Positions 56,186 to 64,000 of a DNA stretch of 64,000 nt are shown in pieces. Origin of the DNA: an uncultured Actinomycetota bacterium (lineage in GTDB: Bacteria; Actinomycetota; Actinomycetes; JAHEKZ01); assembly GCA_963829525.1 (NCBI GenBank), contig CAWHIJ010000003.1, positions 992,001 through 1,056,000 on the forward strand, given 5' to 3'. The first letter of the stretch is position 1. Every line of letters starts with the position of its first letter. The notes below the pieces were generated by a model. The model was not told the DNA's origin. It made no database searches and worked only from the letters and a program-made list of their open reading frames with translations. Position numbers and translations under genes: made by a program.

Positions 56186-59100
56186 TCAGCCGGCGGAGAA
56201 CGCACGCTCGACCAATGCGCGTTGCTCGTGGTCGTGGGCATGCGCGGAGCCGGTGGCCGGCGCCGAGCTGGCTGGACGCGAGACAGGACGGATCGGTTGG
56301 CCGAGTGCCTCGGTGAGGGCGAGCCCCATGAAGGGCCAAGCACCTTGGTTCGCGGGCTCTTCCTGAACCCATCGCAGCTCTGCCTGCCCGTACTTTGCGA
56401 TGGCGCGGAACGTCTCGTTGGTAGGCAGCGGGTAGAGCCGCTCGACGCGGACGATGGCGGTGTCGGTCTGCCCGGTCTCCTCGCGGTGCTTCAGCAGGTC
56501 GTAGTACACCTTGCCGCTGCAGAGCAGGACGCGACGGACGCCGTCTGCGGTGAGGGAATCGTTGGTGTCGGGATAGACGGGGTTGAAGTGTCCTGAGGTG
56601 AAGTCTTTGGTGGCAGACGCCGCGGCTTTGAGTCGGAGCATCGACTTCGGGGTGAAGACCACGAGAGGGCGTCGTACGGGCGACAACGCCTGCCAGCGCA
56701 ACAGGTGGAAGTAGTTCGCAGGTGTCGTGAGGTTGGCGATCGTCATGTTGTCCTGCGCGCACAGCTGGAGGAACCGCTCGATCCGAGCCGATGAGTGGTC
56801 GGGGCCCTGGCCCTCGTGACCGTGCGGCAGCAGCAGCACGAGCCCGGACTGTTGGCCCCACTTCTGCTCACCGGGCGCGAGAAACTCGTCGATGATGGTC
56901 TGGGCGCCGTTGACGAAGTCACCGAACTGGGCCTCCCACATCACCAGGGCCTCAGGGCGCGCGACGCTGTAGCCGTACTCGAAGCCCATTGCCGCAAACT
57001 CCGACAGAGGCGAGTCGTATACGTAGAGCTTCGCGCCCTTCTCGTAGCAGCGCTTCAGTGGCTTGTAGGCCCAACCGGTCTTTCGGTCGATGATCACCAT
57101 GTGCCGCTGACCAAAGGTCCCGCGGCGCGAGTCCTGGCCGGCGAGGCGCACCGAGATGCCGTCGCTGAGCACCGAGCCGATCGCCAATGTCTCACCCATG
57201 GCCCAGTCGATCGTGTCGTCCTCCACCATCTGGGCGCGCCGCTGCAGCTGTGGGGCGAGTCGGGGGTGGACCGTGAACCCGTCGGGGAGCTGAAGCTGGG
57301 TCTGGACGACGCGATCGACGGTCTCGCGGTTGATCGCCGTGACCACATCTCGTTCGGGTGTCTGGGGCGCCAGGGTGACCTCGCCGCGCTGCTCGACCTC
57401 GCTGGCCGGCTCAGCCATCTCGTCGGTGCTCTCGGCGGCCTCGCGCGTCTCGCGGAAGACCTTCTCGAGCTGCTCCTGGTAGTTGCGCAGGGCTCCCTCG
57501 GCCTCTTCGACGGTGATGTCACCGCGTCCGATCAACGCCTCGGTGTACAGCTTGCGGGCCGAGCGTTTGGCATCGATGACGTTGTACATGAGTGGCTGGG
57601 TCAACGATGGGTCGTCGGCCTCGTTGTGTCCGCGTCGGCGGTAGCAGACGAGGTCGATGACAACGTCCTTCTTGAAGGCACGGCGAAACTCAAAGGCCTC
57701 CTGAGCCACGCGAACGACGGCTTCGGGGTCGTCGCCATTGACGTGGAAGATCGGTGCCTGGACGGCGCGCGCGACATCGGTGGCGTAGACGCTGGACCGT
57801 GCGGCAGCGGGTGACGTGGTGAAGCCCACCTGATTGTTGACGACCACGTGCACGGTTCCGCCCGTGCGATAGCCACGCAGCTGGGAGAGCTCGAGCGTCT
57901 CGGCGACGACCCCTTGCCCGGCGAAGGCGGCATCCCCGTGCATCAGCACGGGCAACACGGTGAAGCCGGACTCGCCAAGGCCGAGGGTATCCTGCTTGGC
58001 GCGGGTGAACCCCTCCAGGACTGGGCTCACCGCTTCGAGGTGGCTGGGGTTGGAGACCAGCGAGACGTTGATCGTCGATCCGTCGGGAGCGGTGAAGGTT
58101 CCGTCGGCTCCGAGGTGGTACTTGACGTCTCCTGAGCCCTGCACGGCCTCGGTGTCGAGGTTGCCTTCGAACTCGCGGAAGATCTGGGCGTAGGACTTGC
58201 CGACGATGTTCGCCAAGACGTTCAGGCGGCCACGGTGTGGCATGCCGATGGCGACCTCGTGGAGGCCGGTGTGCGCAGCGGACGTGATGAGCTCGTCGAT
58301 CAGCGGGATGACCGACTCGCTGCCCTCGAGCGAGAAGCGCTTCTGACCGACGTACTTGGTCTGCAGGAAGGCCTCGAAGGCCTCAGCGGCGTTGAGGCGC
58401 CGAAGGATGTGCAGCTGCTCCTCCGCCGTGGGGCGGCTGTGTCCACGTTCGAAGCGCGCTTGGATCCACTCGCGTTGCTCGGGGTCCTGAATGTGCATGT
58501 ACTCGATGCCGATGGTGCGCGCGTAGGAGTCGCGCAGCACGCCCAGGATGTCGCGCAGCGTCATCAGCGGCTCGCCGCCAAAGCCGCCAGTCGCGAACTC
58601 GCGGTCGAGGTCCCAGAGCGTCAGCCCGTGGTTGACCAGGTCGAGGTCGGGGTGGCGACGCTGCTCGTACTCAAGCGGGTCGGTGTCTGCCATCAGGTGA
58701 CCGCGCACACGGTAAGCGTGAATCAGTTCTTGTACGCGCGCCGTCTTGTTGATGTCGTCCTCGTGGGACGCGCTGATGTCGCTCACCCAGCGGATCGGCT
58801 CGTAGGGGATCCGCAGTGCGGCGAAGACGCCGTCGTAGAAGTCGTCCTCGCCGAGCAGCAGCTTGTGGATTCGCTTCAAGAACTCGCCCGACTGGGCACC
58901 CTGGATGATCCGGTGGTCATAGGTCGAGGTCAGCGTCAGCGTCTTGCTCACCGCGAGTCTGGCCAGCGTCTCAGGTGACGCCCCTTGGTACTCGGCTGGG
59001 TACTCAAGGGCTCCGACGCCGATGATTGCCCCCTGCCCCTGCATGAGGCGAGGAACCGAGTGGACGGTGCCGATGGTGCCCGGGTTCGTGAGACTGATCG

Positions 59101-59908
59101 TCGTTCCGACGAAGTCGTCGACGCCCAGCTTTCCTGCTCTCGCCCTGCGGATGAGGTCTTCGTACGCCGACCAGAATCCGGTGAAGTCCATCATCTCGGC
59201 GGCCTTGATGGCCGGCACCATCAGCTGGCGGGTTCCGTCGGGTTTGACCAGGTCGATGGCCAGGCCGAGGTTGATCCGCTCTGGACGCGCGATCACCGGC
59301 TTTCCGTCGAGCTCGGCATAGCTGGCATTCATCGCGGGCATCGTCTTCAGCGATTGGACGACGGCCCAGGCGATCATGTGGGTGAACGAAACCTTGCCGC
59401 CACGGCTACGACGCAGGTGGTTGTTGATCACGGTGCGGTTGTCGATCAGCAGCTTGGCGGGGATCGCGCGGACGCTGGTCGCGGTGGGGACCGCGAGCGA
59501 TGCCTCCATGTTGGTGACGACCCGGGCAGCGGGCCCACGAAGCACCTGGGTGTCGACGTCCTCGGCCACGGAGGTGGGCCCGTTTGTTGATGCCGGAGCT
59601 GGCGGGGAGGCCGGCGTCGGGGTCCTCGAAGGCGGAACCGGAGCTGCTGGGGCCGGGGGAGGTGGGGTGGGGGGCGGTGCGGTCGGAGACGGTGGCGCTG
59701 GTTCTAGATGGACGGCACCAGGGTCGGTGGGAGGCACCGGGACGGCGGCGGGGCCACCCGTGCCGTCGCCGGGGCGATAGTCCTCGAAGAAGCCGTGCCA
59801 GGCCGGGTCGACCGACGCTGGGTCGGCGAGGTACTGCTGGTACAACTCGTCGACAAGCCACTGGTTCGGCCCGAACTCCGCTGCCGCTGACTGCTGCTGA
59901 GTGGTCAT
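56186..59908 (-). CDS. kgd: Multifunctional 2-oxoglutarate decarboxylase/dehydrogenase (Kgd/OdhA; E2-E1 fusion)
   Basis: [11 protein letters not shown]-terminus, Pro-rich linker, E2-like [24 protein letters not shown] and WEAQFGDF; RBS GAGG. Confidence 0.95.
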   Translation of the reverse strand: MTTQQQSAAAEFGPNQWLVDELYQQYLADPASVDPAWHGFFEDYRPGDGTGGPAAVPVPPTDPGAVHLEPAPPSPTAPPPTPPPPAPAAPVPPSRTPTPASPPAPASTNGPTSVAEDVDTQVLRGPAARVVTNMEASLAVPTATSVRAIPAKLLIDNRTVINNHLRRSRGGKVSFTHMIAWAVVQSLKTMPAMNASYAELDGKPVIARPERINLGLAIDLVKPDGTRQLMVPAIKAAEMMDFTGFWSAYEDLIRRARAGKLGVDDFVGTTISLTNPGTIGTVHSVPRLMQGQGAIIGVGALEYPAEYQGASPETLARLAVSKTLTLTSTYDHRIIQGAQSGEFLKRIHKLLLGEDDFYDGVFAALRIPYEPIRWVSDISASHEDDINKTARVQELIHAYRVRGHLMADTDPLEYEQRRHPDLDLVNHGLTLWDLDREFATGGFGGEPLMTLRDILGVLRDSYARTIGIEYMHIQDPEQREWIQARFERGHSRPTAEEQLHILRRLNAAEAFEAFLQTKYVGQKRFSLEGSESVIPLIDELITSAAHTGLHEVAIGMPHRGRLNVLANIVGKSYAQIFREFEGNLDTEAVQGSGDVKYHLGADGTFTAPDGSTINVSLVSNPSHLEAVSPVLEGFTRAKQDTLGLGESGFTVLPVLMHGDAAFAGQGVVAETLELSQLRGYRTGGTVHVVVNNQVGFTTSPAAARSSVYATDVARAVQAPIFHVNGDDPEAVVRVAQEAFEFRRAFKKDVVIDLVCYRRRGHNEADDPSLTQPLMYNVIDAKRSARKLYTEALIGRGDITVEEAEGALRNYQEQLEKVFRETREAAESTDEMAEPASEVEQRGEVTLAPQTPERDVVTAINRETVDRVVQTQLQLPDGFTVHPRLAPQLQRRAQMVEDDTIDWAMGETLAIGSVLSDGISVRLAGQDSRRGTFGQRHMVIIDRKTGWAYKPLKRCYEKGAKLYVYDSPLSEFAAMGFEYGYSVARPEALVMWEAQFGDFVNGAQTIIDEFLAPGEQKWGQQSGLVLLLPHGHEGQGPDHSSARIERFLQLCAQDNMTIANLTTPANYFHLLRWQALSPVRRPLVVFTPKSMLRLKAAASATKDFTSGHFNPVYPDTNDSLTADGVRRVLLCSGKVYYDLLKHREETGQTDTAIVRVERLYPLPTNETFRAIAKYGQAELRWVQEEPANQGAWPFMGLALTEALGQPIRPVSRPASSAPATGSAHAHDHEQRALVERAFSAG

Positions 59909-60033
59909 CCTCGCGTTGCTGCCCCTCGCTGATTCGTCGTCTCGACCGTCAGGGTATCCCCGCAACAGTGCAGACACCGGGTCGGACGTCCCGTGCGTTT
60001 GCACGCCTGTGCTTCCTCCCCCACGGTGGGGGA

Positions 60034-60750
60034 ATGGAATCTTCCAGGATCGCCCTCGTGACGGGGGGCAGCAGAGGGATCGGTCGAGCAGCGGCAACTG
60101 GGCTTGCCGAACACGGCTTCACCCTCGTCATCGTCGGTCAGGACACGCACCGGGTCATGCTGGCGGCACAAGAGATGGTCGCGGCCGGCCACGATGTGAT
60201 CGGCCATGTCTGTGACGTCACCGATGCGGCAGACGTCGCACGGCTCCGCGCAGACCTTGTGGATCTTGGGCCGGTGGAGGTACTTGTCAACTCCGCCGGG
60301 GTGATGAGCGATCGGACGGCCAAGACACTGCGGGCCACCCCAGACGAGTGGCGCCGGGTCATCGACGTCAACCTCTTCGGCGCCATCCACCTCATCGGCC
60401 AGTTTGGCCCGGAGATGGTCGAACGTCGGCGCGGACGGGTCATCAACGTCTCGGCGTGCCTGGGCCGGTTCAGCGGCCCAGGGTTGGCCGGCGGGCTAGC
60501 GCCATACCGGGTGAGTAAAGCCGCGCTGAACGCGCTCACCCGAAATTTCGCAGCTGAAACTGGGTTCGGTCGCAGGGGGATCCTCGTCGATGCGATGTGT
60601 CCGGCACACTGCCGCACCGACATGGGGGGTCCAGAAGCTCCGCGCTCGGCTGGGGAAGGAGCCGACACCATCGTCTGGCTCGCGACACGTCACTCCGATG
60701 GCGTGGAGACTGGCCTGTTGTGGGAGGACCGGCAGCCCATCGCCTGGTGA
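60034..60750 (+). CDS. SDR oxidoreductase (carbonyl reductase-like)
   Basis: [18 protein letters not shown] and [11 protein letters not shown]. Confidence 0.88.
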   Translation: MESSRIALVTGGSRGIGRAAATGLAEHGFTLVIVGQDTHRVMLAAQEMVAAGHDVIGHVCDVTDAADVARLRADLVDLGPVEVLVNSAGVMSDRTAKTLRATPDEWRRVIDVNLFGAIHLIGQFGPEMVERRRGRVINVSACLGRFSGPGLAGGLAPYRVSKAALNALTRNFAAETGFGRRGILVDAMCPAHCRTDMGGPEAPRSAGEGADTIVWLATRHSDGVETGLLWEDRQPIAW

Positions 60751-60763
60751 AGAGCCGACCGCG

Positions 60764-62692
60764 TCAACTCGCGGTGCGGAAGCCAACCCGGATGTCGGCG
60801 ATGGACCGCTCTCCAACAGTCCGGAGACCGTTGAGTACGACGGAGTAGGTGCGCGTCGAGCCCAGTTGAGCGTTTGGCGTGAGCGTTAACGATCTTCCCG
60901 AGACGGTAACCGAGCGCCCAACGGGTCGGCCCGTCTCTCCGTCGACCAGTTGGACCGACCGGGGGCTGACGCTGCCTGGTTCGACGACCGAACCGAGCAG
61001 CAGCTCGATGACGGCAGTGCGCGCAGAGTCGTACGACTCCGGAAGAGGGCTCGCCTCGACCAGCTCCGGGCGCGGCTGACCACCCACCTGGACGTTTCCG
61101 GGACTCGCGGACGCGGTGTCGATGCCGAGCCTGACCGTCGACGGCCACCGGGTGTCCCTCAGGTTTCGCACCCGGACGTAGACGGAGCGATTCACTACCG
61201 CACCTACGGTCTCGCGTCCGGCGCCGGACCGTGCGTCAGCAACGTCTAGTCGCCCGAGGGAGCTGTCGAAAAGACTGAGCTCGATGTCCCCCCGTCGAAC
61301 GCCCTTCTTGGCAAGATCGATGTCGGCCGAAACCGCAACTTTGGTCGGACTCGTGATCACAAGACGGAACCAGCGGTCGGTGCCCTCCGGGTTCGTTGTG
61401 GGAACTTCTGAGTCACGGCGTAGCGGTTGAGCCGTCACCGGAAGCGTGCCGGGCGTCGGCCCTGTGCTGGAGACTGCCCGCTTGGCGGCCCCGCCGACCA
61501 TGCCGTCAACGTCGAGGACTCCGTGGCCGGTGAAGGGGTCCGGCCCCACCGGGCCAGCATCTGCGGCGCCACGGATCAGGGCTGCCCGAAGCTGGTCGAC
61601 CGACCATCTCCGGTGATCGGAGAGGGCCAAAGCTGCTGCTCCGGCCACCAGCGGCGAGGAGAAGGACGTCCCTGCGCCGATGGCGTACCCGTTGCCCGGA
61701 ACGGTGGAGGCGATGCCCACGCCGGGGGCGACCACGTCGAGCCAGCTGCCGTGGTCGGTGAACCAGGCCATTCGGTCGTCGATGTCGGTGGCGCCCACTG
61801 CGACAGCCTGCGAGTACGCGGCCGGGTACATCGGACGGGTCCCACCGCTGTTCCCGCTGGCAGCCACCACGAGGCTTCCCCTGCGAGTGGCATAGCGGAC
61901 GGCGTCCTTGAGGATGCGGCTGCTTCGCCCGCCGCCGAGCGACATGTTGATGATGTCGGCACCCTCGTTTGCGGCCCACCGGATACCGCGAGTGATATCG
62001 GAGTCGCGGCCGGACCCTCGGGCGTTGAGCACCCGCACCGGGAGGATTGATGCGCGGCTGACTCCGGCGATGCCAAGCCCGTTGCTGCGTCGGGCGGCGA
62101 TCACGCCGGCGACGAAAGTGCCATGACCATTCTCGTCGAAAGCGTTGGCGCCACCAGAAACGAAGTCGCGCCCCCGCAGCAGCCTTGGCAGGTCTTCATG
62201 GCGGGGATCAACCCCGGTGTCGACGACCGCGACTGTGACTCCGCGTCCTGAGCTCCGCTTCCAGGCCCGGTTCACGTCCATGGACGCGCGCAGGTACGGC
62301 TGATAGCGCTCGTAGTAGGGGTCCCCAAAGGCGTGGCGAATATGGTCGACCTGTACGGCGCGCACGCTTGGGCTTGCCGCGAGGGCTGCCCGCGCCTGGG
62401 CAACATCTTCGACGCCGCGCAAGAGGAACCAGTTACCTCCCAGGGGCTTGGGCCTCTGGCTCGAGACGCGTGACGCTTCCCGAGAAGCGGCTGTTCGCGC
62501 TGTGGCAGCTGGGGAGTCGGCGATCTTGATGACGAGCCGGTCGGCCGGCGATTGCCTTGCGGTGGGGCTCGGCGCCAGGTCGTCGAGGGTGGCCGACGAG
62601 GCGCTGGGAACGAGCGCCGACATCGTGGCAGCGATGGCCACCGTCAGCGCTCCCGACCACACCACCGACATTCGCAAAGGCATGATTGGCAT
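60764..62692 (-). CDS. Secreted S8 subtilase with C-terminal beta/Ig-like domains
   Basis: Signal peptide, then VAVVDTG, HGTFVAG and GTSFSSP triad motifs; start may be 62683. Confidence 0.88.
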   Translation of the reverse strand: MPIMPLRMSVVWSGALTVAIAATMSALVPSASSATLDDLAPSPTARQSPADRLVIKIADSPAATARTAASREASRVSSQRPKPLGGNWFLLRGVEDVAQARAALAASPSVRAVQVDHIRHAFGDPYYERYQPYLRASMDVNRAWKRSSGRGVTVAVVDTGVDPRHEDLPRLLRGRDFVSGGANAFDENGHGTFVAGVIAARRSNGLGIAGVSRASILPVRVLNARGSGRDSDITRGIRWAANEGADIINMSLGGGRSSRILKDAVRYATRRGSLVVAASGNSGGTRPMYPAAYSQAVAVGATDIDDRMAWFTDHGSWLDVVAPGVGIASTVPGNGYAIGAGTSFSSPLVAGAAALALSDHRRWSVDQLRAALIRGAADAGPVGPDPFTGHGVLDVDGMVGGAAKRAVSSTGPTPGTLPVTAQPLRRDSEVPTTNPEGTDRWFRLVITSPTKVAVSADIDLAKKGVRRGDIELSLFDSSLGRLDVADARSGAGRETVGAVVNRSVYVRVRNLRDTRWPSTVRLGIDTASASPGNVQVGGQPRPELVEASPLPESYDSARTAVIELLLGSVVEPGSVSPRSVQLVDGETGRPVGRSVTVSGRSLTLTPNAQLGSTRTYSVVLNGLRTVGERSIADIRVGFRTAS

Positions 62693-62701
62693 GATGTCAC
62701 G

Positions 62702-63784
62702 GTGCCTCGCTTCCGAGATCTAGATGTAGCAGTCGGTGTCCTGCCCGCCGGGCCGACCAACTCGATGCTCGACGTTCCGGGCGTCGGTGTCGGTCATGCC
62801 ACTGTGTGGCGTGACGAGCCGGCGCCGCCCGAGGGGCGTGGAGTTGCTCGCACCGGGGTGACAGTCGTTGACCCCGGTGGTGACACCTTCGGCATGCCGA
62901 TGCCCTTTGGTGCCGTGGTGCTGAACGGCGCTGGTGAGATGACCGGGTTCCTGACTGCCGGTGAATGGGGCCTGCTCGAGTCGCCCATCTTCTTGACGTC
63001 CACGATGCAGCTGGGCCGCGTCTATGACGCAGCGTGCCGGTTGCTGATCGCAGAGAACGCGACCGTCGGCCGTGATGATGTGATGATCCCGGTCGTCGCG
63101 GAGTGCGACGACTCGTTCGTCAACGAGCCGCGCGCCATGCAGGTCGAGGAGTCTGACGTCGCGGATGCGCTGGACGCGGCGCGCGCTTCCATCGGCTCTG
63201 CGGAGCCACCAGCAGAGGGGGCTGTCGGCAGCGGCACAGGAATGGCCTGCCTGGGTCACAAGGGCGGGATCGGTACGTCGTCGCGGGTCCTGCAGTCCGG
63301 ACACACCGTGGCCGTGCTGGTGATGTCGAACTTCGGCGAATTCGGTCGGCTGACCGTCGACGGCATCCCCGTGGGACGTCGGATACCCAACCCGGCCGAG
63401 GCCGCTCCTGAGGTGGCGGCCGACCCTGGATCGAAGGGTTCCTGCATCGTGATCGTTGCCACCGACGCTCCGGTCGACCATGCCGGGTGTGAGCGGCTCG
63501 CACGGCGCGCCGGCCTTGGTCTGGCCCGCACCGGGTCGACAGCGCATCACGGCAGCGGTGAGATCTTCATGGCGTTCGCCACTGGGTTGCGGAGGCCGCG
63601 CGGCACCGTCCCGTCGACAGCTCCGGTGGCTGGGAGCGAGCTCAACCCGCTTTTCGAGGCGGTCGTGGACGCTACCGAAGAGTCGGTGCTCAATTCGATG
63701 CTGATGGCGCCGACGGTGACCGGACGGAACGGCAACACCCTTTACGGCTTGGACGCCGACGTGGTCCGCGCACTGCTGCGCTGA
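62702..63784 (+). CDS. DmpA/P1-family aminopeptidase (S58)
   Basis: DVPGVGVGH, TGVT, NGAGE, EG.VG.GTG, KGGIGTSSR, the G-S autocleavage site GSCIVIVATDAP, and GSGE. Confidence 0.88.
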   Translation: MPRFRDLDVAVGVLPAGPTNSMLDVPGVGVGHATVWRDEPAPPEGRGVARTGVTVVDPGGDTFGMPMPFGAVVLNGAGEMTGFLTAGEWGLLESPIFLTSTMQLGRVYDAACRLLIAENATVGRDDVMIPVVAECDDSFVNEPRAMQVEESDVADALDAARASIGSAEPPAEGAVGSGTGMACLGHKGGIGTSSRVLQSGHTVAVLVMSNFGEFGRLTVDGIPVGRRIPNPAEAAPEVAADPGSKGSCIVIVATDAPVDHAGCERLARRAGLGLARTGSTAHHGSGEIFMAFATGLRRPRGTVPSTAPVAGSELNPLFEAVVDATEESVLNSMLMAPTVTGRNGNTLYGLDADVVRALLR

Positions 63785-63812
63785 TCGCCACCGATTGATA
63801 GCGTCCTGACTC

Positions 63813-64000
63813 ATGAGTCAGCCCCCGGTAGCGCCACAGCACCCGTACACCCATATCGAGCACGGTGTCGAACGACCCGATCCGTATTCCTGGTTGAAGG
63901 ACAAGACCTCCGAACAGTCTCTGGCCTACCTACGCGCCGAGCGGGCGTACTACGACGAGCAGATGGCGCCGTTGCGGTCTCTGGTCGAGGAGCTTACGCA
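63813..64000 (+). CDS. ptrB: S9 oligopeptidase B, N-terminal fragment (runs off the window)
   Basis: MSQPPVAPQHPYTHIEHGVERPDPYSWLKD..LAYLRAERAY matches the typical PtrB N-terminus. Confidence 0.75.
   Translation, partial: MSQPPVAPQHPYTHIEHGVERPDPYSWLKDKTSEQSLAYLRAERAYYDEQMAPLRSLVEELT

Noticed and set aside
59590-59770. GC-rich low-complexity stretch
   Set aside because: It encodes the usual Pro/Ala linker of Kgd and is not a repeat element.
1-64000. tRNA, rRNA, transposase, integrase or prophage genes
   Set aside because: None recognised by eye in this window.

Overview
High-GC actinobacterial chromosome segment, gene-dense and largely housekeeping. It contains a GlnA4-type ethanolamine gamma-glutamylation gene with a divergent choline/ethanolamine kinase and amine permease, an oppABCDF peptide ABC operon, two rsgA paralogues, pirin, a narGHJI operon with an ArnR-like regulator and two narK genes, copZA, sulP and hisN. 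It also carries the conserved rsgA-SRAP-sigR-rsrA-bL37-...-whiB1 block, sodN/sodX, malic enzyme, a DUF6421-SDR-ltaE-ybaK operon, kgd and a peptidase cluster. At least seven genes carry single-base insertions that look like assembly errors. The most interesting locus is 37.7-42.2 kb. There, an unannotated 21-aa peptide ORF (MSKLVSAVERFLSSGAGWSWH, 39333-39398, strong RBS) sits inside a 19-bp perfect long-range inverted repeat, directly upstream of two multi-TM HD-GYP genes (one catalytically intact, one degenerate). Two unknown genes diverge from this unit. It is a candidate peptide-controlled c-di-GMP signalling system. All family assignments are by eye from motifs and recalled sequences; no database searches were run.
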